Source: Spirochaetota bacterium
Lineage (GTDB): Bacteria; Spirochaetota; UBA12135; COTS27
Reading direction: 5' to 3'
Length of the DNA: 64,000 nt
Assembly: GCA_965249715.1 (NCBI GenBank)
Contig: CBDFMP010000049.1
Span: 8,547 to 72,546, forward strand
The notes beneath the pieces were generated by a model. The model searched no databases, was not told the origin of the DNA, and saw nothing but the letters and a program-made list of their open reading frames with translations. Made by a program: the position numbers and the translations under genes. Shown piece by piece: positions 32,472 to 42,781 of the stretch (the first letter of the stretch is position 1; each line of letters begins with the position of its first letter).

Positions 32472-32791
32472 TGATGAAACCACTAGCTTCGCCTCAGGAA
32501 TTTGCCGTATCAGACTTTCCGCTTAACGGGAAAGTGTTGGTGGAAGCTGCCGCGGGCAGTGGGAAGACCAGTAACTTAGTATGGTTGTACTTGCGGTTGT
32601 TATTGGAACGGGCGGTCAAACCCACAGAACTTGTTGTTTTAACGTATACACGTAAAGCCGCAGCGGCGCTTGCCCCCCAGGCAGCTTCACACTCAGAAAA
32701 TTTCTTTTGTCATGCAAAACTGAGTCATGATTACTGGGTAGAACTCTTAGCCGCACTTGTTCCGCAGCTGCGCACGCAAATAGTGATTTGA
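32468..32791 (+). pseudogene. In-frame RecB(N)-RecC(C) chimeric ORF from a 320-bp duplication
   Basis: ...EAAAGSGKT...TYTRKAAA|ALAPQAASHSENFF...RTQIVI*. Confidence 0.85.
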
Positions 32792-32811
32792 TGATGAAAC
32801 AATAACAGCTG

Positions 32812-35800
32812 ATGAACCCACTGCCTTCGCCTCAGGAATTTTCCGTATTAGACTTTCCGCTTAACGGGAAAGTGTTGGTGGAAGCTGCCGCGGGCAGTGG
32901 GAAGACCAGTAACTTAGTTTGGTTGTACTTGCGGTTGTTATTGGAACGGGCGGTCAAACCCACAGAACTTGTTGTTTTAACGTATACACGTAAAGCCGCA
33001 GCAGAAATTCGCACACGGCTTAGCCGTGCCCTGGCAGAGCTGCGTGTTTGTTTGGAACTGACGGCACAGCAGCCCGCCGCTGCGGCAGCAGCGGCGGCGC
33101 TTGACCCTATGTTGGTGCAATTGACTGAACGGGTGACGCAGAACGTGCAGACAGCATTGAAATTGCAACCGGCAGCTGTTTATGAACTATTGCTGCGCCG
33201 CGCAACGGCGGCGGAAACTGAGCTTGCCGCCGGCAGCATTGGCACCTTTCATGGCTTTTTGCATCAACTTTTTACTGTGCATGCTTATGCACTGGGAGTG
33301 CCCGCCAACTTCAACCTCAGTCACCAGCAGAACCAATTTTTAAGCGAGACGCTTAGCGATTTTTTAAATAATGAATTTTATAACGTTCAAAAAAATCCCT
33401 ATTGTGCGTTTTTCCTTGTAAGCGGACGCGGGGTGAATGTTTTTAAAGAGGAACTGGAACCTTTTTGCAAACGCAGCGAGGCACAACCATTGAACCCGCC
33501 CGAGCCTATGCCTGCAGCTGAGACCATTACCACAGCCAGTAGCGCCGTCATGCAGGCAGGAACACGCCTGCTAACTGCTTACGATAATTGTTTAGCGGCA
33601 CATCCGCGCCTGTTGTCACTCAGTGCCGCGCTTATGGAAGAGCTGACGGCGCTAAAACTGAGCACCCCCAAGTGGCGCGCACAACGCCTTAACGCAGAAC
33701 CTGCTCCTGAAGTTTTGTCCGAACGCTACACCTTCCCGCCCACTACGCTGCTGTCTTATCGCGCAGCCGTTTTTATGCAAGGCATTAAACAGGCGCTTCA
33801 GTGGGTGCGTGAGCACAATCACCCAAACCAGCTGCCGCTGGCAGTGGGGCTTGCCGCCAAACACAGCACTTCCTTATGGACACAGCTTACCGCTTATTTT
33901 CATGGCGTGAAAAAACCCTTTGCAAATTTATTTGAACCTGCATTGTGTCTTCACTACACCGAAACACCGCAGCTTTTGCAAGAGGATTTCACCCAACACA
34001 TTAAACGTCTGAGCTCAGGCGCCAATGCTTTACTGACACCAGCACTCAGTCCTGAAGTGAAAACGCAGCTGCTAAACCTGCTCAGCCTGTACATGGAATA
34101 TCTGGCAGCAGCGCATTTACTGGCAGGTTATTACGAACGCGTTTATGCACATTTCCTTGGACGTGCCGTAAAAACCTTGCACACAAACCTTGCACGCCGC
34201 AGACTGGGCGCAGGCATCATGAGCTACGATGATCTGATCACCTGGGCTGAACGTCCCGCACAAGGCGGAACTTCATTGGCAAACCTGCTGCGCGGCCGTT
34301 ATCAGGCGGTGATGATCGACGAATTTCAGGATACCAATAGTCGGCTTTTTGCGTTAGTGCAGCAGTGGTTCAAAGATGTACCGTTGATGTTTTTTATTGG
34401 CGACCCCAGACAGTCAGTCTTCTCTTTCCAAGGCGCCGATCTCAGCGCTTATCTGAGTATGCGGACAAACATTGCGCGCCTCCCGGGCGGTGCCCTGTAC
34501 ACGCTCAATACAAACTACCGCGCCCATCCGCAGCTATTGCGTGTCATCAATGCCTTGTACCGCGCACCCAATGCTTTTTTAGCGGGTACGGAACTTTCTT
34601 ATAATCCGCTCAAGGCGCGCGCGCAGCCGTCTGTTAATCAAGGCTCAGCACTTCCCGCAGCAATAAAACGCCTCAGTTTACATTTGCTACAGGCAAGTGA
34701 CAACACACGCGCCAATGAACGGCCGCGCATTGCCAAATGGCTGGTACAGTTAGTGCAGACTTTCACAGCAGCAGAGCGCAGCGAGACAGCCGTCATTGTC
34801 CGCAATAATCCACAAGCGTTATTTTTGGAACGCGAGCTGACTCAGGCAGGCATTAGGGTGCAGCTCATGCGCAGTGAAAGCGAGCCAACCGATGCAGGTT
34901 TTTGTACGGAGGTTTTGCTGCACTGTCATATTTTTTTGTCGGCGGTTTTGGCTGCCGCAGAAACGCAGACCGCCGCACCGCGCCGCCAGACGGACACAAA
35001 CTCCCAACGGCACTCAAAAATGCTCCTTGCCCTCACAGTGCCGTTTTTTAACAATACTTATCCGCAGACTACTACCCTAAGCGCGCACCCGGCAGCAGTG
35101 ACAGCATTTTTTATAAAGTACTGGGACGCGTGGCAGCAGCTGGGACTTTTGACGATGCTCGAACAATTTTTATTGCGTCCCGTAACTCCGCTTACAGCAT
35201 ACATTGCCCCGCAGCCCGTTCAGCCTAATCCTCCGTGTACGCCGCTTAACAATATTTTCACACGTTTAGCCGCCAAACACTTGGCATTGCAATATATCCG
35301 TGAACTCTACGGTCTGCTCGCGCTTATTGGTGAATGCGCAGGGCGGTTGCAATCACTTCCAGCGGTGGAAACGCTCACATTTTTGGGACGACTTGCCGGG
35401 ACACAAACACCCGCTGCTGCGCGGCGGTCGGTGAAATTGAACTTGAGCGCACCTGAGAGCTTAAGTGGGACGGTGGGATTGAATGGCGCTGCCATAGCCG
35501 AAGAACTTTTAACCAATTTAGCCCTACCGGCGCGCTTGCGGCAATTGTATCAATCGCAACAACCGCAGCCATCGCCGCTTGCCGTTCACGTGCCTGTTAG
35601 TGGAATGAACGGAGCTCTACGCATTTACACCATGCACAGCAGTAAGGGATTGGAGTTTGCAACCGTGATCCTGCCTTTTTTAATGGATAAAGAACTGTTG
35701 TTAAAAGCTAAAAACTTGAAACGAACGCCTTTTAAGCCGGACGCGCAGACAACGATTGCCGCTGCTGCCGCTGAGGCTGCTGATGTTACTGAGGCTGCTG

Positions 35801-37740
35801 CGGTGCAGCCGTTGCCTGCGGGAGCAGACACTGCTTGGACTGTGGAATTGCAGCCGGCGGCTTTGCGCAGAGAAGTGGTTGTGGCTGCTGACCAGGAAAA
35901 TCGCAGATTGCTTTATGTGGCACTGACGCGTGCGCGTGAACGGATCATTAGTATTGTGCGGATAGCCGCTGCTGCGGAAAATAATCATTTGACATTTGCT
36001 GGAGCCGAAGCTTTGGGCGACCTTTCTTATCGTTCACAGGCTGAGCAGCTGCTGAAGGTTGGCGAACAGCAAACTGAGTATTTGCAGCGCTGTGCATTTA
36101 CGGAACTTTTGCGTGAGGGCTTGGCTGCTGCGGCGGCTGAACTGCAAGAGCTGGTGGAGGTCATTCCTATAAAAATAGAAGCTGATGATACAGCTGCGAC
36201 AATGCAACTTACACAAACTGCTGCTGAACTAACCGCGGTGCATCCGCTTGCAGCAACAGACACGGCAAGCTTGCAATTGCTTTCATTGACTGAGGCTGTG
36301 CCTGCACGGCGCGGTGACGATGCCTCAGGTGGTTACCTCAGCAGTTTTAGCGCACTGCTCAGACGCGGACTACTCAGAACAACAAAACGGACTGAGTTTG
36401 CCGATGCGGTTTTTGCAGAGCTCATTGCAAGCGAGCGTGCTGATGAAGGCCCGCAGCAAGCTGAACTTGCCGCTGCCGACGACGATGCACGACTACACAG
36501 CGCAGCATCCGATGAATTGGACGAATCCTACCCGCTCAATGAACTGGATGCTGCCGCAGCTGCCGAAACCAATGAAACCACTTTGGATATTGAAATACCC
36601 GCGTTCACGCCAGAGGCTACAGCGACTAGTGACACAACGGCAGACACTGAGGCTGACGCGCGTCAACCGTTGACCGTGCAGGCCTTGCAAACATTGTGGG
36701 CGCCGCTTAGCAGCGGCGGGGATGCGGGAATTATCTTCGGCACATTCTTTCATGCACTCATGGAGAACTTGCCGCTCCCGGGCGGGGCAGGCGGATTTGC
36801 GCTGCATACAGAAGCTGGGCAGCAGGCGCTTATGGGGCAGCTTGCCGAGCTTTTCACACAGGGTACTGAGACTGGGCAGACTTATGCTCATTTGCTGCCG
36901 TATCAAAAAAACATTGCGCGCCTTGTCAGGCAGCTGGTGACCGTACCGCTGAAGCTCCCCAATGGTACCACGGAGACCACACCCTTTTGTTTGGCAGCAT
37001 TGCCATGGCAGGATTGCAGTGTGGAAGTGGAGTTCATGTTGCCAACAGCTCTCAGTGAAACGCGGTTGGCGCGGGAATTGAGTGTTTGCGGTGCAGAGTT
37101 GTTTGCGGCGGCGGCGGCACCTGTAGAAACCGCGCAATCATCACAATTAGCGCAATCATCGCAGTCAGCACAATCATCGCAACTGGCGACTTTACCCGCG
37201 TTTTCACAAACCGCTGAGTCCGCCGCCATTTTTAAAGAGCTTCAACATGGTTTTGTCCGCGGGTTTAGCGATCTGTGTTTTGTTTGGCAGGGACGTTATT
37301 ATGTACTGGACTGGAAAACCAATGCCCTGCACCAGCCTACCGCAGCGGTGCCGCAAGCTGAACATCCTTTTGCGGCTTATCATCCATGGTCATTGCGCGC
37401 GCTCATGCGCGAATATGCTTATGACGTTCAGGCTTGCATTTATATTCTGGCTTTGCAGCGATATTTGCAGCAGCGTTTGGGGAGAGCTTATAACGCTGAG
37501 CAGCATTTGGGCGGTGTGTTTTATGTATTTGTCCGTGGCGTGGACAGCACGGGAACTTATGGCGTCATTGGCGCGCGTCCCACAGCACAGCTACTCACAC
37601 GGCTTGACAGCTTGTTTGTGCCGCAGCAGACTTCAACAACAACTGCAGCATTGCAATTAGTACCAGCGCCTGAGGGGATTTTGCAGCCAATGAATGGGAC
37701 TAGTGCGGGATTTAGCGCGCGGGCTTGGCCTTGGGACTAG
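32812..37740 (+). CDS. recB: Exodeoxyribonuclease V beta subunit (helicase-nuclease)
   Basis: AAAGSGKT, DEFQD, GDPRQS, TMHSSKGLEF, RLLYVALTRA, nuclease GFSDL...DWKTN. Confidence 0.93.
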   Translation: MNPLPSPQEFSVLDFPLNGKVLVEAAAGSGKTSNLVWLYLRLLLERAVKPTELVVLTYTRKAAAEIRTRLSRALAELRVCLELTAQQPAAAAAAAALDPMLVQLTERVTQNVQTALKLQPAAVYELLLRRATAAETELAAGSIGTFHGFLHQLFTVHAYALGVPANFNLSHQQNQFLSETLSDFLNNEFYNVQKNPYCAFFLVSGRGVNVFKEELEPFCKRSEAQPLNPPEPMPAAETITTASSAVMQAGTRLLTAYDNCLAAHPRLLSLSAALMEELTALKLSTPKWRAQRLNAEPAPEVLSERYTFPPTTLLSYRAAVFMQGIKQALQWVREHNHPNQLPLAVGLAAKHSTSLWTQLTAYFHGVKKPFANLFEPALCLHYTETPQLLQEDFTQHIKRLSSGANALLTPALSPEVKTQLLNLLSLYMEYLAAAHLLAGYYERVYAHFLGRAVKTLHTNLARRRLGAGIMSYDDLITWAERPAQGGTSLANLLRGRYQAVMIDEFQDTNSRLFALVQQWFKDVPLMFFIGDPRQSVFSFQGADLSAYLSMRTNIARLPGGALYTLNTNYRAHPQLLRVINALYRAPNAFLAGTELSYNPLKARAQPSVNQGSALPAAIKRLSLHLLQASDNTRANERPRIAKWLVQLVQTFTAAERSETAVIVRNNPQALFLERELTQAGIRVQLMRSESEPTDAGFCTEVLLHCHIFLSAVLAAAETQTAAPRRQTDTNSQRHSKMLLALTVPFFNNTYPQTTTLSAHPAAVTAFFIKYWDAWQQLGLLTMLEQFLLRPVTPLTAYIAPQPVQPNPPCTPLNNIFTRLAAKHLALQYIRELYGLLALIGECAGRLQSLPAVETLTFLGRLAGTQTPAAARRSVKLNLSAPESLSGTVGLNGAAIAEELLTNLALPARLRQLYQSQQPQPSPLAVHVPVSGMNGALRIYTMHSSKGLEFATVILPFLMDKELLLKAKNLKRTPFKPDAQTTIAAAAAEAADVTEAAAVQPLPAGADTAWTVELQPAALRREVVVAADQENRRLLYVALTRARERIISIVRIAAAAENNHLTFAGAEALGDLSYRSQAEQLLKVGEQQTEYLQRCAFTELLREGLAAAAAELQELVEVIPIKIEADDTAATMQLTQTAAELTAVHPLAATDTASLQLLSLTEAVPARRGDDASGGYLSSFSALLRRGLLRTTKRTEFADAVFAELIASERADEGPQQAELAAADDDARLHSAASDELDESYPLNELDAAAAAETNETTLDIEIPAFTPEATATSDTTADTEADARQPLTVQALQTLWAPLSSGGDAGIIFGTFFHALMENLPLPGGAGGFALHTEAGQQALMGQLAELFTQGTETGQTYAHLLPYQKNIARLVRQLVTVPLKLPNGTTETTPFCLAALPWQDCSVEVEFMLPTALSETRLARELSVCGAELFAAAAAPVETAQSSQLAQSSQSAQSSQLATLPAFSQTAESAAIFKELQHGFVRGFSDLCFVWQGRYYVLDWKTNALHQPTAAVPQAEHPFAAYHPWSLRALMREYAYDVQACIYILALQRYLQQRLGRAYNAEQHLGGVFYVFVRGVDSTGTYGVIGARPTAQLLTRLDSLFVPQQTSTTTAALQLVPAPEGILQPMNGTSAGFSARAWPWD

Positions 37741-39191
37741 TGGTAATGTTGTGGGAGGGACTGTGTGATGCAGCTCTTATGCGGCACAATGGTACAAATG
37801 GCACAGGACGAGAAACCTGCCGCCACAGCTGAGAGGGCGAGTGAAACGGAATTGCGATTGGCTTACCTTAGTTTATTGTTTCTGCATTTAGGCACGCGGC
37901 TTGGTTTGCCGCGTTTTGAGCTGCAACTTTGCGCAGGCAAAACCTTTACAGCTGCTGTGGCAGCATTTTATGCTGAGTGCAATGTGGATTTAGCGCGCGG
38001 ACTTGGCCTTGCGGCGGCGAAGCGTTTGGGGAGAGCTTATAACGCTGAGCAGCATTTGGGCGGTGTGTTTTATGTATTTGTCCGTGGAGTGGACAGCACG
38101 GGAACTTATGGCGTCATTGGCGCGCGTCCTACAGCACAGCTGCTCACACGGCTTGACAGCTTGTTTGTGCCGCAGCAGACTTCAACAACTGCAGCATTGC
38201 AGTTAGTACCAGCGCCTGAGGGGATTTTGCAGCCAATAAATGGGACTAGCGGTAATGGGATTAATGGGACTAGCGGGACTGTGGAAGGAACTGTATGATG
38301 ATGCAGCAGCAGCAGCAACAGTGGCAACGGGGGATGGCTGCCTGGCTGGGCGCCGATGAAGTTCTTTCACTGGTCTTTACCGAAACAGACAGGCGGCAGA
38401 GCGCGGCGCTGATGCAGCTTTTATGCGGTACAATGGTACAAATGGCACAGGACGTGAAACCTGCCGCCGCAGCTGAGAGGGCAAGTGAAACGGAATTGCG
38501 ATTGGCTTACCTTAGTTTATTGTTTCTGCATTTAGGCACGCGGCTTGGTTTGCCGCGTTTTGAGCTGCAACTTTGCGCAGGCAAAACCTTTACAGCTGCT
38601 GTGGCAGCATTTTATGCTGAGTGCAATGTGGATTTAGCGCGCGTCCTACAGCACAGCTGCTCACACGGCTTGACAGCTTGTTTGTGCCGCAGCAGACTTC
38701 AGCAACAACTGCAGCATTGCAGTTAGTACCAGCGCCTGAGGGGATTTTGCAGCAGTAAATGGGACTAGCGGTAATGGGATTAATGGGACTAGCGGGACTG
38801 TGGAAGGAACTGTATGATGATGCAGCAGCAGCAGCAACAGTGGCAACGGGGGATGGCTGCCTGGCTGGGCACCGATGAAGTTCTTTCATTGGTCTTTACC
38901 GAAACAGACAGGCGGCAGAGCGCGGCGCTGATGCAGCTTTTATGCGGCACAATGGTACAAATGGCACAGGACGTGAAACCTGCCGCCACAGCTGAGAGGG
39001 CGAGTGAAACGGAATTGCGATTGGCTTACCTAGTTTATTGTTTCTGCATTTAGGCACGCGGCTTGGTTTGCCGCGTTTTGAGCTGCAACTTTGCGCAGGC
39101 AAAACCTTTACAGCTGCTGTGGCGGCATTTTATGCTGAGTGCAATGTGGATTTAGCGCGCGGGCTTGGCCTTGCGGCGGCGAAGCGTTTGG
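37472..39191 (+). repeat. Tandem, partly deleted copies of the recB 3' end and recD 5' end (two extra units)
   Basis: Junction microhomology AGCGTTTGG at 37472, 38021 and 39183; MMMQQQ starts at 38295 and 38814. Confidence 0.95.
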
Positions 39192-41460
39192 CTCAGCTGG
39201 CACACAATGCGCCGCTGCCATGTTTGCCGCTGCTTGATAAGTGGCAGGCAACACTTATAAAACTTGCAGAGCTCAGACCTGAGCCTGTTTTACTGCCTGC
39301 CAATATGCCGCGCCGCGTGTTTTCGCAGGTCACGACACTGGAGCTTTCGCCCGCTGCTGAGCTGGACAAACAAATCCTTGCTGATTTGGGTTATGTGGTT
39401 TGTGTTGACGGACGCATGCTGATGACGCAGGAGCAGTACCTGCTTGCCCTGCGGCTGCGCCGCACGTGGACACAGCAGCGCAGCCGCAGCCCTGACCGCC
39501 AAGCTGAACCCAGCTTGTTTCCGCCCGCAAAACAAGCTGTTATGCTGAAGCTCATTTATGAACAGCTAGGTGCTGAGCAGCCCTTGCCTGACGCTAAAAC
39601 TGCCAATGCCCCCAATGCCACGCACCACCGCCAACACCAGCACTTGCAGCATTGACCGCCAATGCTGCCGAACAGCACTGGCACAGCACGTGGCAGACAA
39701 TGACAACAGCAGATGGTGTTTTAGCCAATACCGCCGCCTTGCAGCAGTTTTTAACGTGGTGGCAAACTCAGGCAGCTGTGGGTGGCTGGCAACTTATTTC
39801 TGCACCGACAGCCGGCGCGTTACATGCACTGCTGTTTGTTTTACATATTCTTACGCTGCTGCGCGCGGCTGCAGGAAACTGATGAACCCCTGCATGTATT
39901 GGTCATCACGCACACGGAGGGCGAGGCGGTGCAGTTAGGCGATTTTTTTGCGGGAAATCATCAGGCGGCTTACTGCAAGCTTAACACAGCCGCCGCACGC
40001 AGAGCAGCGTTTATGGGAAAACCTGCGCAGCGGACTTGCGCGTGTGCTGATCCACGCACCCATGACCGGTGCCCAAATAACTGCAGCACTTAACGAGCTG
40101 CAGCCGCTGCAGAGCGGTACTCCCGCAGCAGCAGCAGCACTGGCATTAGCCTTTTCAAAAACACCAATGATTATTCTGAACGGTGCAGCAGCCTTGCCCG
40201 TGCAGACATTTCTATCGCTGAGTGAACAGCGTGCGCAGGCAGGGCAAGCACCTGCACACTGGATTTGTTTGCAGGGCGTGCCCGCTGAAGCGCTCTGGCA
40301 GTCTCAGCAATATGCTGCAGGAGCGTTTTTTGCGCTGCTAGAAACGGCATTGGCCAATGCAGAAACAGTTGTGAAAAACAACGGAAATCAACCAACCAAG
40401 GTGCTGTCACCCAAACACCTGAGCACTGCTTGTTATTTGCCGCAAATAATGCCCGCACCCGGCGAGCAGCTTTCACTAAGTGCATGGCGGCATTTGCTGT
40501 TACAGCTGCTGCGTGCGCGTGTGCGGCTGATGCCCGGTGACAGCAGCATGGCAGCCCAGTATAAGGCACAGGCGCTTGTTTTTTATCGACGTTTGCAGCA
40601 AACCCCCCACACGCAGTCAGCGGCAGTTAGGGTACTAACTGCGAATACTGCCCGCACAGCAACGGCAGCACTTGGCGCACAGGTGCTGCAGGCCTGGTTA
40701 ACCTTGTACCAGCGTTATGCAGCGGCTGCTAACCTTGAAAGCCTCCCGCAGCTGCGGCGGTGGCTGGCAGCTTTTAGCGGACATGCCGTTTTACTCACAC
40801 GCAGCAGCGGCGGCGTCCTTGGCAGTCATTACTGGGCACGTGAGCTGGAACGAAAGTTGCTTGCAGACCTGCCTGAGCTGCTCACGCAACGCTGTCGTTA
40901 CCGCGCACAGCTTAGCTGGTATCCCTTCAAACCCGTTTGCAGCAGTCTTCGTATGAATGCTGTGTTTGCGGCTAAGGGCGTATGGCAGCAGGCACCGCTC
41001 ACTAATGGCGCCTGGGGAATAATCCTGCCAACCGTGCCGCAAAATAAGTCGCCTAAACCGCTACACGCGCGCGGCGGCGGACTTCCAGCTGGTTATACCC
41101 TATACTGGGAGGATGTTTCCTCCACGGTTTGCTGGCAAACCGTGCAAGAACTGCCTGTGTTAGAACCTATTGCGCGCGCGGGTTATGCAGCGGCTTTGCA
41201 CGCCCGCCCGCGTACAGCCGGTTGGGAGCTGGTGGCTGCCCAATTATTGCCTGCTGCCCAAACAACTGCAGCCGTCCCACTATGACTGCACGCCTTATAC
41301 ATTGCTGCAGCTCTTCGCGCGCACGCGTAAACAGCTGCTGTTGGCGCTCAGTGAAGACGTTTTCATGGATATGATGTTAGCGCCATTGCCGCCCTATGCT
41401 GCCCACACTGCCGCTTATACTGAGCTTGCCCGTTTTGAAAACAACCAAGACTCCCGTTAA
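38814..41460 (+). pseudogene. recD: Probable degenerate, multiply frameshifted recD
   Basis: Follows recC-recB with an ATGA overlap; split over at least five ORFs; LTNGAWGII and YTLLQLFARTRKQL recall RecD motifs; no intact Walker A. Confidence 0.55.
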
Positions 41461-42208
41461 AACTTCATGCGTTCAAACAAACGCGCCAGCCATACAAGCG
41501 CTCAGTCTTCAGCCGCTGGCTAAGCCGCAGGCAGTGGTCAAACAAGCTCAGCTTGCGCGTGTATGGAAGCTGCCGCCCCCATGCGGCGGCGGCAGACTTT
41601 TTCTGTATCGTAAGCTTGTTTCCACACAGACCCTGGTGCTGGATGAATTGCAGCGGGCAGCGATGACAACCGAACGTGGAACGGGCTGTTTTCACCATGG
41701 TGACGTTATTCTTGTTAGACGGCAAACTGCAGGTCGCGGCCGGCGCGCGCGCGCGTGGCTGAGCACGCCCGGCGTTTCGCTCACCATGTCACGTTTGTTG
41801 ATCCTGCCGCCGCAGCAAGAACATCATCGTTACGCACAACTTGCCAGCTTGGCAGTGGCACAGGGATTGGAACAATTGTCAGGCACACGCGCCCGCCGCA
41901 GCTTACCGCTTAGCTTGAAGTGGCCCAATGACGTGCTTTGTGGTGGGCGTAAATTGGCAGGTGTGCTGGTGAATGCATCCTCAGGACAAACCCATAACGC
42001 AGCAGCAACGCGCCAACTAGTCCTGGGCATTGGCGTTAACGTTATGGAAAGCCCTGCGCAGCTGGCGCATTATAACGCAGAGCTGCCATCGGCGAGTGCA
42101 GCGGAATCAGAACAAACGCGTCTGACAACATCGTTTTTTGCAATTTTTCAGCATAGAAAAACTTTATTTTGGCAAAAGCCGCGAACTTATCCACAATGCC
42201 TGGCATGA
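41396..42208 (+). CDS. birA: Biotin-protein ligase, C-terminus frameshifted by a deletion
   Basis: QTAGRGRRARAWLS, LKWPNDV, KLAGVL, LGIGVNV. Confidence 0.85.
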   Translation: MLPTLPLILSLPVLKTTKTPVKTSCVQTNAPAIQALSLQPLAKPQAVVKQAQLARVWKLPPPCGGGRLFLYRKLVSTQTLVLDELQRAAMTTERGTGCFHHGDVILVRRQTAGRGRRARAWLSTPGVSLTMSRLLILPPQQEHHRYAQLASLAVAQGLEQLSGTRARRSLPLSLKWPNDVLCGGRKLAGVLVNASSGQTHNAAATRQLVLGIGVNVMESPAQLAHYNAELPSASAAESEQTRLTTSFFAIFQHRKTLFWQKPRTYPQCLA

Positions 42209-42260
42209 ACGCAGCAATTTCCCCATGCAATTTGACCACTCAGCACGGTAGGGAGAGTGT

Positions 42261-42567
42261 CCCAATGACGTGCTATGTGGGCAAATTGGCAGGTGTGCTG
42301 GTGAACGTTTCCTCAGGACGCACCCATAACGCAGAGCTGCCATCGGCGAGTGCAGCGGAATCAGAACAAACGCGTCTGACAACATCGTTTTTTGCGGAGA
42401 CGGGACAACACATCGCACTCTTGCGGGTGCTGCTGCTTATTTGGGCGCAGTTTTTCAGCATAGAAAAACTTTATTTTGGCAAAAGCCGCGAGCTTATCCA
42501 CAATGCTGGCATGAACGCAGCAATTTCCCCATGCTTGAATTTGACCACTCAACGTTTCCTCACGTAG
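42261..42567 (+). repeat. Downstream copy of the birA 3' portion
   Basis: Repeats ~41924..42243 with a different internal deletion. Confidence 0.92.
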
Positions 42568-42642
42568 GTTTGACATCATTTGACGTCATTGCTGATAATC
42601 AGCACAAACTGCAGCTGATAAATGGGTTATTTTAAGGCTTCT

Positions 42643-42671
42643 TTGACTTTTACAGCAAATAATCGTATAAT
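42643..42671 (+). promoter_or_regulatory. Sigma-70 promoter of the nusA operon
   Basis: TTGACT-N17-TATAAT. Confidence 0.8.
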
Positions 42672-42781
42672 TAGTGTATTGTTTTTATGTTCACGCGTTT
42701 ATGTGACTTGGCATTAGTTTATGTTATGAGCAGTTTGCGCGCATCATGATTTTTTAACAGGAGTAGCCGCGTTAAATTGAT

